64,000 bases of DNA from Tricharina praecox (GCF_024521635.1 NW_026250411.1:124001-188000), one strand, 5' to 3'; shown: positions 11,792 to 26,911, counted from the stretch's first letter. The notes: generated by a model from the letters alone, not told the origin. A program made the numbers and translations.

Positions 11792-14700
11792 ATGCAGAGC
11801 ATGCTAACCAAGGCACGTCCACGAGCTTCCGGTTGCATTGTTTCAGCTATTGACCTGTCTGCAGTTCGAATCCAAGTCGTCACGAGCAAAGGGCATCGCC
11901 TTCCATCCCAAGAGGTATCGTACCCGCACTGCACCTCCGAGCAAGCTGAATTGAGAGTGGAGAACGGATCGCTGATTTTGGAAACTACAGGCCATGGATT
12001 CTCGTTTCGCTGCATTCCTCTACGATTCAGCTATGGGATTACCGCATGGGCACTCTGATAGATAGGTTCGAGGAGCACGATGGACCTGTGCGGGGCGTCG
12101 ACTTTCATCGCACTCAACCACTGTTCGTATCCGGAGGAGACGACTACAAGATCAAGGTCTGGTCGCTCACTACACGGCGTTGTCTATTCACCCTCAATGG
12201 CCATCTCGATTACGTGCGAACTGTGTTTTTCCATCATGAGCTGCCTTGGATCGTATCTTCGTCGGACGATCAGACCATCCGCATATGGAATTGGCAGAAC
12301 AGACAACTTAGTAGGGCAGCCCAGTTCCGATACGCTGATGGGGTATGCTACGCGGGAATGCTGACGAGCATTGGGCTGTAGTTTGCACGATGACCGGCCA
12401 CAACCACTATACCATGTGCGCCCAGTTCCACCCCAAGGAAGACCTCATCGTCAGTGCTTCCCTCGACCAGAGCGTTCGTGTCTGGGATATCTCCGGCCTG
12501 CGGAAGAAGCACTCAGCCCCTACCTCGATGACTTTCGAGGACCAGATGAACCGTACGAATGCGAACCAAGCAGACATGTTTGGCAATACCGATGCCGTCG
12601 TGAAATTTGTGCTGGATGGACATGATCGCGGAGTGAATTGGGTGTCCTTCCACCCTACGTTACCTCTGATTATCTCGGCTGGTGATGATAGGAATGTCAA
12701 GCTTTGGCGTATGAGTGGTAAGCGCGGGACAGTTTGGGCATGACCAGTGAAGATGATTCTGATGGTTTGTGTAGAAACGAAGGCCTGGGAGGTTGACACG
12801 TGCCGGGGCCACTTCCAGAACGCATCGGCTTGTCTCTTCCACCCTAACCAAGACTTGATTCTCTCAGTTGGAGAGGACAAGACCATCCGGGTATGGGACC
12901 TGAACAAGAGAACCTCTGTTCAATCGTTCAAGCGTGAGAACGACCGGTTCTGGGTCATCGCCGCTCACCCCGAGATCAACCTGTTCGCCGCCGGTCACGA
13001 CAATGGTGTAATGGTGTTCAAGCTCGAGAGGGAACGACCTGCCTATGCTCTACACCAAAATCAGCTGTTCTTCATCAATAAGGAGAAGCATGTCCGGATG
13101 TATGATTTCGCCAAGAGCGCCGAGAGCTTGTCGATGCTATCGCTCAAGCGACTGGGTGCACCATGGGTACCACCCAGGACTCTGTCTTACAACCCTGCCG
13201 AGCGGGCAATCTTAGTTACGTCGCCCACCGATGGTGGAATCTACGAGCTCATCCATCTGCCCAAGGAAGCTGCGGGAGCTGTCGAGCCCACGGACACCAA
13301 GCGGGGACCCGGAAACTCGGCGGTATTCGTTGCTCGGAACCGCTTCGCAGTCTTCACATCGAGTAACCAGACGATCGAGATCAAGGACCTCTCCAACTCC
13401 ACCACCAAGACGATCAAGACCCCCACTACTATTAACGAGATCTACTTTGGCGGAGTCGGCTGCTTGCTTCTCTGCGCTCCCACCGCAGTCATTCTGTACG
13501 ACATCCAACAAAAGAAGACTATTACTGAGCTAGCGGTGGCGGGTGTCAAGTACGTCGTGTGGTCGAACGATGGTCTGCATGTCGCCCTGTTGTCGAAGCA
13601 CAATGTGACCATCGTGACCAAGAACTTGGAGCAGGTATCATCGTTGCACGAGACGATCAGGATCAAGAGCGCAACCTGGGACGATGCTGGCGTTTTGCTA
13701 TACTCTACGCTGAACCACATTAAGTACACCCTCCTGAACGGTGATAATGGAATCATCCGCACATTGGAGGAGACCGTGTACCTTACCCGGGTTAAGGGAA
13801 AGAGTCTTTACTGTCTCGACAGGCAGTCCAAGCCCAGGGTCTTGACGATTGATCCCACCGAATACCGGTTCAAGTTGTCGCTGGTCAAGCGCAATTACGA
13901 CGAGATGCTACAAATCATCAAAACCTCGAACCTTGTCGGCCAGAGCATCATCGCTTACCTCCAGAAGAAGGGATACCCGGAGATTGCTCTGCAGTTCGTC
14001 CAGGACCCGCAAACACGCTTCGAGCTGGCTATCGAGTGCGGCAACTTGGAGGTTGCTGTGGATATGGCCAAGGAGATTGACCGTCCGAAGCTGTGGATGC
14101 GCTTGGGAACTGAAGCCCTCAACCAGGGCAACCACCAGGTTGTAGAGATGAGCTACCAGAAACTAAGGAGTTTCGACAAGCTATCATTCCTTTACCTGGT
14201 CACCGGTGACTCCGAAAAGCTCAACAGGATGGCCAAGATTGCCGAGCACAGGAATGATTACACCGCCCGGCTCACCAACTCGGTTTACCTTGGTGATGTG
14301 GAGACGCGGATCCAGATGTTCAAAGAGATTGACTTGTACCCCTTGGCCTACGTAACCGCGAAGGCCCACGGTCTGACGGAAGAGTGCGAATCCATCTTGG
14401 AGACTTGCGGCTTGACCGAGGAGCAGATATCTGTGCCGCCCCTCGAAACTCCTATCCAGGTCGCCAAGGCTATTGTCCCCACCCACGAAGCGAACTGGCC
14501 CCTGCGGGCGGCATCGCAGTCCTTCTTCGAGAAGGCTCTTCTCGGACAAGTCGAATCGATGACCCTGGAAGACGAGCCCAAGTCGATACCTGGTGGATTT
14601 GGAGAGGAAGAAGTGGAGGAGAAGAAGGGTGGTGACCTCATGGACATGGACGGCGAGGATGAAGCTGCAGGATGGGATATCGGGGAGGATGATCTCGACT

Positions 14701-15799
14701 TGCAGGATCACTCCGACGAATTTGTTGATGTGGCAGCCGATGTTGCAGGTAGCAGCGAAGCAGAACTCTGGGCTCGAAACTCTCCGATAGCGGCGGATCA
14801 TGTCGCTGCTGGGTCCTTTGAGACTGCTATGCAGCTGCTCAACCGACAAGTCGGCGCTGTTGACTTTTCTCCTCTCAAGCCCCGATTCCTCGAGATCTAC
14901 CAGGCCAGCAGGACGTATCTGCCAGCTGCCCCAGGATTACCGCCATTGGTCAACTATGTCAGGCGGACTGTGGAGGAGACGGATCTTAAGAAGGTGTTGC
15001 CGATCCTCCCACGCGATCTTGAAAATATACGCAGCATAGAATTACCCAAGGGATTCAACTCTATGAAGGCCAACGATCTTGAAGGCGGTGTGGAGGTTTT
15101 CCGAGGGATTCTCCATGCCTTGATGTTGACCGCAGTCAAAGACCAAAAGGAGGCTGAAGAGGTATTTCTTGCCTATTCGTTTGTTAATTGTGTTCGCACT
15201 CTAACGGTCGTGATGTTTAGGCACAAAAGATCATTCGGACAGCCACAGAATACATCCTTGCTATGTCGATGGAACTCGAGCGTCGCAAGATTCAGGACGA
15301 CGATTCGCAAATCAAGCGTAACCTCGAGCTCGCGGCATACTTTACCAAACCGCTCCTTGAGCGGCCGCACCGGCAAATAACCCTGATGAATGCAATGCGC
15401 CTGGCAGCGAAGCACAAGAACTTTGTCCACGCCACGCATTTCGCCGACCGTGTGCTTGCCAACAACAGCACTGGAAGGAATGCAGATCTGGTATGTCTTT
15501 CAATTACTTAAATCACGGCTGAACCCTGAGATACTGACTCGTCCGTTCACCCGCAGGCACGAAGCGTCAAGTTGAGATGCGAGCGTCAAACCGCAAACGC
15601 CGTCGATATTGAATACGACCAATTCGCGGAGTTTGACATCTGTGCGGCTAGCTACACACCCATCTACGCGGGGCAACCGTTCGTGCAGGACCCGTTCACC
15701 GGCGCAAAGTACCTCCCTGAGTACAAGGGACAGGTGTGCAGGATATCGCAAGTGACGGAGATCGGGGCACCAGCTAGTGGGCTGCGGTTGAAGGCGTAA
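11792..15799 (+). CDS. COP1: Coatomer subunit alpha (COPI)
   Basis: [61 protein letters not shown]40 repeats, coatomer WDAD region and C-terminal [13 protein letters not shown]...[10 protein letters not shown]. Six introns, the first 11813-11864 being GC-AG. Confidence 0.98.
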
Positions 15800-17339
15800 G
15801 GAGGCGATGTAATGGGTTGGTCTTTGGGGCTTTTTCGCGCGTTTGATCGACGATATGACGGCTTGGAAGAAATGTTGATTGACAGGGCGTGGATGTGCTG
15901 GACCTGTCGGGGATGAGGGAGGGGTGGGGGCTATTTGTTAATCTTCTGACATTGTTTTCTTTCCTGTGATTATGATTTATGTCAGTATTGCCTGTTTGTG
16001 TTGTGTTTGTCGGTTTAAACAAAAGATGTGCTTCTGGTGTGGCTTTTTACCCTCCTTTTTAGATTGATTCGCTGTTGGTGTTATGCTATGATTGCCTGGT
16101 GAGCTTGAATGAGCATTTGTGACTTTGAGTCGGTGATGTTGCTCTGCGAGATTGGTCTGCCGATGTGTGAATGTGTTGTAACCGGGACACCTAGGCCTGG
16201 TACCGGTATCCATCCAAAACTACCTACAGTAACTTCTTGCACGGGCTTTCATTGGTGGCGGTTGGCGATTGTCTTTATTGCAAGGGCTTGGAATACCTAG
16301 GTGTCATCTCAGGCATTGGACAATCCACTTGCTCTTGGTGCGTGTTCAACCAGCAAAGGTGAATACGGACCTCATCTCCTGACAGTTTCTACAGCAAAGG
16401 GACATTCGGTCTCGATGTACAGAGTGAGAATGAATAGCAGCTTCCAGTATAATAGGTAGTCAGCGACAACTCCAAGCCTTGAACTTGGTATGGAATCCAG
16501 TATTCGTATATATAGCCTATGGGTAACATGAGTGTATTTCACCACCCCGCCACGCAAGCCACGCAAGCTGACGATGTTTTTTAGTTTGGTTCTTCATCTA
16601 CCTATCTTCTGCGATCTACATAGCTAGAGTAGCCCGTGGCAGTCAGTCACTGCTCCCTCCCTCGCTGACCCTCCGTCGCAAGCTGGTGATTTTATCTATC
16701 AGACAATGTTTCCAAGGAGATGTTCTCGACTCTTGAGTGATGTCGCATGCTTGTATCTACTCTACGTGCTTCGCCGATGCTCATGTGCACACACGCATGT
16801 ACATTATGGACCGAGCCGCTTCTTCCTCCTCTTCCCCCTCTTCCTCCTAAGGGTCCCAGGATTCATTACTGGTGGGAACCTGGGAGGTATGTGTGGCGCC
16901 AATGTGCAGTGGAAGTTCCAAGCGGGAGTTTTCGGCCGGCGATGACGATGGCGGTGAAGGGATGGCGGTGAAGGATGGCGGCGAAGGGATGGCAGTGAAG
17001 GGATAACAGTGAAGGGATGATCCAGGAAAAGAAAAGCTTACCGTACCGTACCATAGTAGAGATTCCATGCGTTGGTCGGAGGAATTGAAAAGAAGGTATG
17101 TAAGAACAGCTTCCCTGGTAGGTAGAGTAGTCCCTGCTCCTGCTGCTGCTACTGCTTATTGTGTCCATCGGAGGGAAGTTCACTACTAGTAGCAAGCCAT
17201 GATATATTAGAGTACATCGACTCAAGACATGCCCTTCCTTTCCGCAAGCTGTGCTCTCTGTCTTTCAACATCACTCACTCGCCGGCCAGAGTGACGTCGC
17301 GTGATGGGTTATAATCATAGACATATGTAGGGCTTAAGA

Positions 17340-17662
17340 GTCAAAAGGCTCTCGGAGTGGCTATTCAAGTTCTTGGAGTAATGTACATACCAATCTACAA
17401 CCAGTAGTTTCTACCATTGAAGGAAGGAAGGAAGGTATGTAACGGTATCCAACAGACAGACAGTAAACCCCCATTCACAAGCTATTCACAAGGCAGGGCT
17501 CAAATGGCTCTCGGAGAGGCTGTTCAGGTTCTTAGAGTAGGTGTCATACATACCAATCTACCAACTAACTACCGGTACATTCTACCGCTGAAAGAATGTA
17601 TGTAGGTAGTTTCCTACGGTATTCAAGAGGTAGACAGTAGACAGTAAACCACCATCCACAAG
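17340..17662. repeat. Diverged tandem duplication of a ~145-165 bp non-coding unit
   Basis: Copy 1 (~17340-17481) and copy 2 (~17497-17662) share GGCTCTCGGAG-GGCT-TTCA-GTTCTT-GAGTA, TACATACCAATCTAC and AGACAGTAAACC-CCAT-CACAAG. Confidence 0.75.
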
Positions 17663-18368
17663 GTCAGTCAATCGCATCAACCACCACCGCCGCCGCCGCC
17701 GGGAGATCACGCAAAACGTCGGATGTAATTACTACCCTCCACCTACCTAGTACTGTGTATGTATGTACGGAAAGAAGGAAAGAAGGAAAGAAGAAAAACA
17801 AGACCTGTTTGGATCTGATCTCACGATCGCCAGTGTACTCAACTACCGGTATACCTACCACCTACCTAGATATACGGGGGTGATTCCTTGAAGTTTGAAC
17901 AGTCAACCCCCGGCTGGTTAAACCAGCAACATCCATACATACATCCATACACGATGATCACTCGATATATAGTAGTATTGGGGCCTAGTACATACCTCCG
18001 CGGGCTAGGTATGTAGAGGTTTTCCCAGCGTTGAAGATCCCCGAGTATATAGTAGTGCGTACATACGGCATACACGCCGATACATACTCTACTCTAGTTA
18101 CCGGCGTCGTTGCAGGTTTTTCGTACACTACATAACTAGGTGCTCTAGGTGGGCTTCGAAACAGGTCGTTGAAGCCTGAAGCCTGGAGCCTGGAGCCTGA
18201 TGGGTGCGGGCATTCGCACGGGGTTTCCAGTAGTTGGAGTATCTACACAGGTACACACTGGTACATGTAGCCTACTAAACAGGCGGATATACGGGACAAA
18301 ACCCATTGGATTTTCACGATCTCTGCTACCTATACCTATACGGATGTCCATGTATGTAGGTAAGCAGT

Positions 18369-18420
18369 ATCCATCCATCCATCCATCCATCCATCCATCC
18401 ATCCATCCATCCATCCATCC
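18369..18420. repeat. (ATCC)n microsatellite
   Basis: About 13 contiguous units. Confidence 0.95.
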
Positions 18421-19214
18421 AATCCATCCACCCACCCACCCATCGGCAGCGTATGGGTATCTAGCCTGTAGCCCGTAGTTATCTATGCTATGTATGAAAT
18501 ACCGACCACATCAGCCATCAGCCACTTAGAGCCCGGGGGCTGTCTGTTGCCGGAGGAACTTCCCTCCTCTGCCTCTTCCCCCCGCCCGCCCCCCAGTCAG
18601 ACCGTCAGACCAGGCCAACGGTCCGGGATATCCGCGAGCTAACTCCACACTTAACTGACGGTCTGGATTGAGATTCGCCTCCTCCCTCCCTCGCTCGCTC
18701 GCCCGGAGGAACGAGGAACAGCACCACCACGGTATGTAACTGCGGTAGAGGGTGCGGTAGAGGGTGCATGCATGTAGTTGCATCGCTAGCGGGTGATTCG
18801 AGATCAAGGTGGTGGTTGAGGCGAGGGGTGAGGGTGAAGGTGAAAGGAAGACTCGCCTGACTGGACTGGACTGGGCAGTGGGGAGGGAGGGGGGGGGGGG
18901 AGTGCACGTCTACATATGACGTGTGTGGTTTAGTGGGCGAGGGCGAGCGGGGGGCCGGGGTGTTGAGGCAGTTAACGGACGTTGGTTGTTGGGGGTGGAC
19001 GATAAGGATAGGGATAACTAGAGTGAACTAGAGTCGATACACGTCTAGTTCGACGACGACGACGACCGACGACGATGAAACCATCGCATCGCGACACACA
19101 CATAGCCTGAAGGATAATCGTATCTCTCGGGCCTGCTTGTCTGCCTGCTTGCTTTGTGGGCCTAGAGGGGGGACATGAAGAGTTGGACACGAGTTGGACA
19201 CGAGTTCTGCGAAC

Positions 19215-19304
19215 AAAGCAAAGCAAAGCAAAGCAAAGCAAAGCAAAGCAAAGCAAAGCAAAGCAAAGCAAAGCAAGCTTGAAAAAAAAGAAGAAAAAAA
19301 AGAA
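19215..19304. repeat. (AAAGC)n microsatellite followed by an A-rich tract
   Basis: About 12 contiguous AAAGC units. Confidence 0.95.
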
Positions 19305-22300
19305 AGCCAGGTTGACAGACAACTTACAAGCTGTCCTGTCCTGTCCTGTCAGCAGAAGCCTGTCTGCGGATCAAATTTCAACGAGCTAATCGGCAGCTGC
19401 ACTCAACCACCAGCACCAGCACCAGCAGAAGCAGCACCACCATCATCACCACCGCCACCACCACTGCACTTCAACACCATGTCGTTTTTTGGGGCGGGCG
19501 GTAGGATAAAAGCAAAAGTATATCATAGTTCTAGTTACTCTAACTACTGCTGTGCGCAAAGGGGCAAGGGGCAAGGGCCGGATCTTGCATTCTGAAGTTC
19601 TGCAGGCGGTCGGCGGTCGGCGGTCGAGCGAGCGAATGGTCAGAAAGTGAACTTGGACCAGAAGCAGACAGTATGTATGAACTGGACACTCCACGCAACT
19701 ATAGTACAACTTGTATATATACTCTAGATAAAAGGAAGCAAGTCAAGTAAATATGAATGTACGGTAGGTATGTGCGCTTCACAGTCGTCCTGCCCTGCCC
19801 TGCCCTGGCCGCCGCCGCGGCCGGCACAGTTCGATATCCATATCGATTGGTCTAGAATAGAGTGCACGGAGCGGTGGAGCGGAGGAGCGGAGTGGAGTGG
19901 AGTGCTCACTGCTCAGTCGAGTGGAGTGTCGAAAGGAAGTCGGAAAGGGTGGTTTTATTATAGTATGTAGACAGACACACAGTGCACACACACACTGCGC
20001 AGTGCAGTTGCACTGCGCAGTGCAGTTGCACACGATGCCTCTCATGAGTGAGTGAGTCGGGAGTCTGTGGCTCAAGTGTGTTGCTCCGTCTCGCGCTCTC
20101 TCTGTTGTCTCATACGGTGCCCTACATACCACCCACCTACGTCACTGGATGCGGTCTGCAACTCTGAGACTCTGCGCACTTTCTTTTTTAGACTCGCAGC
20201 TGCTCTCCGCGACAGACACACACATCCAGACACACATATACACGGTGAACACACACATAACACGGATACGCAGGGCATGGCCTTTTTTTTGCTTTCTTCT
20301 CACCTCGAGATGCCGCCGCCCCATTCAGAATTTGTTCGTGCATGCAACATATATACGCTACATATCGATATCTTCAGTAGTTGCAGCCTCACTAACCTCA
20401 GCCAGGATCAAGCGGTACGGTGCAGTTCTGTGCAGTGCAGTGCGGTGCGGTACGGCACCTGCAATTATACATGCCTAAGGGCTACGGTATCTGCCTACCC
20501 GCTTGTTGCAACAGCAATAACAACAAATACAAATACAACTACAACAGCAGCAGCACCGGCAACTGGCTGGCTACTGCTGGCTGCTGGGCTGAGCTGGGCT
20601 GGGCTGGGCTTACCTGACTGAGGAGTACCATGTACGGCAGCAACTATCTACATGCCGTCGTGCGGGATGCTGCGGAAACCGAGACGCCGCCGCCGGTTGC
20701 GTCGATACAGCTAGTTATCGACACTTTATTGGTCTGGCAGGCTTGCTGGCTGGCTGGCTGGGTTCGGGCCCTCTTCCCAACAGGCTCGGGGGGAAGGTAG
20801 GTTTGGCTACATGCAAGGGCCGGAAGTGTGTGTGGAAAGTACCTACCGATGTATGTACACTCGGTGCTTGCATGTGTAGTTACTCTACTACCTATACGTG
20901 TGTGCGATGCGGACGGAGCTTTGGCCTGGGAGCTGGGTTTCTGAAACTCACCTACATGCCTATCCACCTATCCACCTACCTACAGACTTATGCAGCGAGG
21001 CGAGCTTCTGAGATCTCAGGTCTACTTGCCCGTCATGTGTTTACGAGATCTTGCCCTTTCGTCGTGGGCGTGTGCGTGTGCGTGGGGTGTGGGGCGTGTC
21101 GTGTGCGTCAGGAATAGGACTGGCTGGCTGGTTGGGCTTTTTGGCTTTTTGGCTTTTTGACCTTCGGCTTCCGGTGTCCGGGGGGCACGCCGTCCATGGA
21201 CAGGTCAACATCAAACTTCTGGATACATCCAGGGTCAGCTTCACCATCTTGAGGCGAGGGCGCCGTGTAGCCTTGCGGCGGCGGCGGCGGCAAAGGCTGC
21301 ACTCTACACATAGCAGTTAACCGTCTGCACTTGAAGACCATCATCGCCACCATCAGCATCGGTGCGAATCGATCGGCCGGTGGAAGGCTAAGCCACTTCT
21401 CGCGAACGTCTTTCGTGGCTGGTGAGTCGCGGGAAATATCATGACGCCCCCATGTCCAGAAGCAGGTCGAATTCACGGATAACCAATTAATTACCTAGCA
21501 AGGGATGGCTGAACTTTGAAGGTAAAAGCCGTCTCGGACGCTAGCCCGACGTTCGTTACACCGGGACCTCTTCATCTTGGGGGACCAGTGTGCATTTGGG
21601 CACTGGGACACTGGACACTAGACACGCACTGCCCAGCCTTTCCAGCTGCCCCTCTCGCCGCCGTCCCACTGCATAGGGTATTTGTCTGCTCCCTTCCGTT
21701 TATGCAGCTTATGAAACCTGCTCAGTGCTCACCTCACCTCGGCCTGACGATAATAGATTCAGTGGTACGTACATACCACCAACCGTCGGCTCATTTTGTT
21801 TGTCGGCGGCACAGGGAAACAGACGGTATGTCCTCCGGTTCAATACGGCCCACTCATCACTCTCACCCTTCCCATTCATGCAAAGTACGGATGCGGAATG
21901 TACGTTGACGTCGTTCCTACACACCCCCAGCAGGTAGCTTAGCCCAATCAATCAATCATCATCACGGCGTCCCCAGTCGTGCGTCCTTATTGTTCCTCCC
22001 GTAACGAGTTGAGTGAGCGGGCATGCTACGGTTGGAACTGCACTGCACTTGCAGATATCGCGATTCGCTGCTACTCCTCACCGATGGTAGTACTCTACTA
22101 GGTATCATCGGTAGGTGGGTGGCTTCGATCACCATCGTCCAGCCGTTCATCTGGTGACAGTTGTTATTGACTCATGGTTATGCTGCAGGTAAAGGCAATC
22201 CGGAGAAGCAGAAGAAGCACCAGGATCACCATCGCAATTCCGACGCTCTTCGCGCAAAAAAAAAAAGAAAAAAAAAGAAGAAAGAAAAAAAAAACTTCTT

Positions 22301-25300
22301 TGGGGCGCTCTGTGTGTGGTGCTCGAGCCCCACTCATCAATCGTGGACGCCGTCGGTCGGCGGGTGTCATTACGGGTTTTATTTATCGATTCAACCCCAT
22401 GCCACCCACCGATCTCTCCGCACTATCGAGCATGCAAGTCAGCACACTCCAATGAACTGCCCGCGGTGGTACATATGAGTTGACTGGGTAGTGGTGGCTT
22501 CAAGTTGGTTAACTCCTCCACCTCACCTCACCTCCGCATTCGTTAGACGACGACGACGACGCGGGCGCCCCAAGTACATATGTACTTATATCAACCTCAC
22601 CTAAACTCTGCATAGAGCATAATGAAGTTAGATTGGCCCATCCTTTCTGCCTCTGACTGCCTGAACCACACACACGCACACCCACACACCCACAGTCACC
22701 CACATACTCTCCATACTTACCCATGGCCGGCGTGAGCGGCAGGTTGAAGTTTGAGCAAGGTATGTAGGTACTTACTCTATCTTATGTGTGCAGGCAGCAC
22801 ATGCGTGGGACGGCGTCGATGGTTGCGACCGATGGGCCGCAGTTGCATGTTCTTGAAGAAGGAAAGAATCGGAAGGATGAACACACAGTTCCACCATACG
22901 AGCCATGTGATAGGGCGGGAATGATCAAAGACATGGAGGTGGCGGCAGGGAGGGCGTCGACGCGGGGGTTGGAGGCGAGCAGCAAGCAGCAAGCAGCCAC
23001 AAATGCTGCAGCACAACATGTCTACTTACATGCCCTTAGTTAGGTGTTGCTGCCGCGGCTGAGTGAGAGATGCCGGCGCGTTAAGTACTCACTCTATACC
23101 AAGCTATGTACCGTACATACACTTACCTACCTCATAGATACTCTAAATACCGGCACCCCCCCTCCCCTCCCAGGCTTAAGCTTGTGCACGCCGTCGGTTG
23201 GCGCCACCATCATTATGCTCGGCAGCTCCTTGTGCACAATTCTGCGGCTGGAAACACAACGCCAAGTGCAGTGGGTGCATGTGGCGATTACTCTTCTTCC
23301 TGGCGACTGGCTATGGCTGGTTGGCTGCAGTGGCGGCGGACGCCTTGTGCACATCTAGATATCTATGCAGCGCGCCCCCCTCCCTGGGCGGGTGGGCGCC
23401 GACATTGCGGGGATCGGCTCCAGCTGTTTGTCCTGTGGGATGTGATGAAACGTGGGCTGGCGTTTATCATTATTTGCACCTAAATACGGCTGTGGCACGG
23501 ATTTGCGATGGGCCATGGATGGACGGACTGACGGACTGACGCACTGATGGGCGGACGGGCGGACGACTGATGAGTGGCTCTTTTTTTTTATTTTTTTTAT
23601 TTTTTTATGGCTCTTCCGCGAAACAGATAACTTAAGTGCCCGCAGGGCTCCCTGCTTGGTTGGTCACCAAAGTGCATTATGCATGCTGGGCTGATGTGCG
23701 CTTTCACCCCGTTACCTAGTTGCTGTGCTGTGCTGGGGGGTTGTGTTCGGAAACATTTGATCATAGGACCTCACTCGGGCGAATGTTGGAAGTTGAATGC
23801 TGGTTGGTTCACGCGGCTCGCGGGGGGGGGGGCTACGGTCAATTCCCCTCCGTTCTGGCCTGGTGTTTGATTTGTCGCCGCGTCGATCTATCTTTCGGGC
23901 CTGTGGCAAAGGATCTCCCTCCCAGCAAGCCGGAGAATTTATTTCAGCTTTTCGTATCGAGGGGAAGCTGGAACATGATTGGGCCCCTTCGGTTCCACCG
24001 TTGGAAATCGGTCAGTCAGTCAGTCAGTCAGTCATAGCTGAGCGAACACGATTCCACCATCGACGACGGACGGACGCCGCCGCCGCCGCCGATGCCGCGC
24101 TGCCGCAGGGAACTGGATGGATGGATGACTTCGTATCGTATTGCACATCCATCATGTCATGGTTTGATGCCGGTCTTGTCTCCTCGCCTCGCTGAATCCT
24201 ACCATGGATGTCGGGTTCTCCTCTGAGGAGGGAGTGAGGGGTTCGCAGATCTTTTTGCCAAAGGGAAGCTTGGTTTCTTTAGCCGATGGATGGACAGATT
24301 TGGTTCTCTCTGCACGCCGGTGTGCCTACCCCCGAAACCAAAGTACCCAGAGGATAGCAGCGCAGGCAGCGCAGGCGGACGTCTCGTCGACGCATCTAGA
24401 AGTCAGCTCCTCAAACTCTTACCGACGAAGTCAGTCACATCGCAACATGGCGAGTACTGTATGTCAGTACATACATACTAAACCAGCATGCACCTGGAGA
24501 ACTGGTTACTGGCGAGGTGGTGGCGCGCAAACATGTGGAGTGCATTAACTACCGAGTTTTTCGGCTCGACATGAAGGAAGGGCCTGGGCGGGTCCCGCAG
24601 GCTGCAGCCACAAACACAGCCGACGGCCGGGAATCCGATACCACCACCACCGTACATACTTTACTTGGGTCGCCACCACCACTCATGTGTAGTACATATA
24701 GTACTACCTATGTACACTCGTGGAAAAGACGTCATGCGTCGAGTCGAGTCTCGAAGGGGGGCGGTTGGGACCGTGTGGCTGCATGTGGCGGCCAGGACGG
24801 CGAGTGCAATGCAAGGTGGCGTGTGTGCGCTGTTTGGTCCTGGGGGGATGATCCACTGTAGGTATCATACAAAGTACGGGAGGCTAAACAACAACAACAA
24901 CAAAAGTACATACCTGGAATCACACGGTGTATTCACCGTGGCGCCGGCGCCAGCGACGGCTGTGAGGCGTAGGACATCGTCGCCGCCGCCTCCCCCATTC
25001 TAGTAGGTACACTCAACCTACCTACTCACTTCAAGGAATATCTCACATGCAATCACTCGAGCCAATCAACCACGCTCACGCTCATGACACGACACGACAC
25101 TTTCAACCCTTCGATAGTCAGATAGATAGCGCGTACTCAAACAAGCTGCTGGAACCTCCCTGCCGGTCAAGACTCCAACCCCCTCCCCTGCTGGAGCCTG
25201 GCAGGTAGGCAAGTAGGCAGGCAGGCAGGAGACGGTAAGATATGCCTGCGAATCAAAACCCAAAAGCAGTGATCACCCCTAGGAAATACCTATAGTACGT

Positions 25301-26832
25301 AGGTATGCCCATTATCGTTCCCGCTGCATCGTCGTCGCCGTCGTCGAGGTCGGTGGTAACACCGGATCTTCTTTTCTTTCTTTTCTTTTCTTGTCGGAGT
25401 GATGTCCTTTGATTTCAGGTTTGGTGCGACCGACTGACCGGCCGGTGCTGGTGCAGGCTCCTCCTCCTTGCCTGCTCAGTGCCTACCTATCAAGGCTTGT
25501 ATGTATCATATGTATCATATGTATGGTATACCTGAAAAGCTGCCGCCGCTGCTGCTGCACAGTGCACAGCGCACCGATGAGCTCGTGACAGTCACATATC
25601 ATCAAAACGCATCAAAAGCCGCCGTATGTATGTATCACGAACTTAAAGAAGACCGGACGGCGGACGGCGGAGAAGTCCTCGTGTCACATGTGGGGCGGAA
25701 GGAAGTGAAACCACCCACCTGCGAAAAGGAAGTCTTGAGATATCAAGAGTACATAGCGGAAAAAACGTAATACGGGAAATCAAGATGGCTGCCGACCACC
25801 GAAGCCTGATGAAGGTAATCAAAATTGCTTGGTTGCCGACATATCATACCGACATATCATACCGATCCTCCAGTATTATATAGGTAGCACTCTGCAGACC
25901 GGTATATGCCCCGTGGTCACGTGCTCCTGAGCCTTGTAGGTGGTCGTATATACCGGTAGTCGTACATAGTCGTACATATGAACGCGCATACGGCATATCC
26001 AGGTATGTAGATGTAGATTCCGTTGCGCACATGTGTAGGAATGTAAGTATAGAGTACCTACCTAGTAGCAAGCAAGCAGCTTCCGCGGCAGTTTTATGTC
26101 TCAAGGCTGAAGGAACATCTTGTCGAAAGCGGTGGAGTACTGCAAGTCTGCAAGGGATCTTGCGGTGCGGTTACGGACGGTTGAAGACTCGGAGTTCGAA
26201 GTTCGAAGTTCGAAGATGTTTGCAGTGTGCAGTGTGAAGTGCAGTGTGAAGTGCAGTGTGCATCGGCACGTCTGAGTACTCTACCGGCACTCTATGTACC
26301 GGCATTATACCGGTACCCAGGTAGGTAGTAGGTACTGTCTACCGCTTGCTGCTGCTTGCTGTTTATATACGGTACCTAGCTGTGAAGGGAAGTCACCACG
26401 GTACTCCAAGTACACAACCATCTACATACCTAGAGTACCGTATGGGCCTTGGGGGTTACTATTAACTACCCGGCAACGGCGAAAACACCTCCGCGAGCAA
26501 TTTGATAGCCTCTATGTATGGTAGATATGTCCCTATCCAGCTATGTACATATCCAGATATCCAGCCCCTACTACTCTAGTTAGTACCTGCTAGGTACTAA
26601 CTAGCAGTTACATAGAGTGCAAGAGCACTTACAAACACGTGGGAAGAAAAAACAAAGGATGGAAAGTAGAGAAGGCTTGGCGCGCTTTTTTAGTTGGGAC
26701 TGGATTGGAGTGGATTGGATTGGCGTGGTTGGGGGTTGTGACTTAGAGTAAGCACTCCGCGCGACACCAATTAGAGTAGCTCCCTCTATGGTAACTAATG
26801 CCGTATTCCTATGTATGTACGAAGGAAGTTTG

Positions 26833-26911
26833 GATGTCTGGATGTCTAGATGTTTGGATGTCTATGTCTGGATTTGGATGTCTGGATGTCTAGATGTCTA
26901 GATGTCTAGAT
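26833..26911. repeat. Degenerate 8-mer tandem repeat (GATGTCTR)
   Basis: ggatgtctggatgtctagatgtttggatgtct...gatgtctagatgtctagat. Confidence 0.85.
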
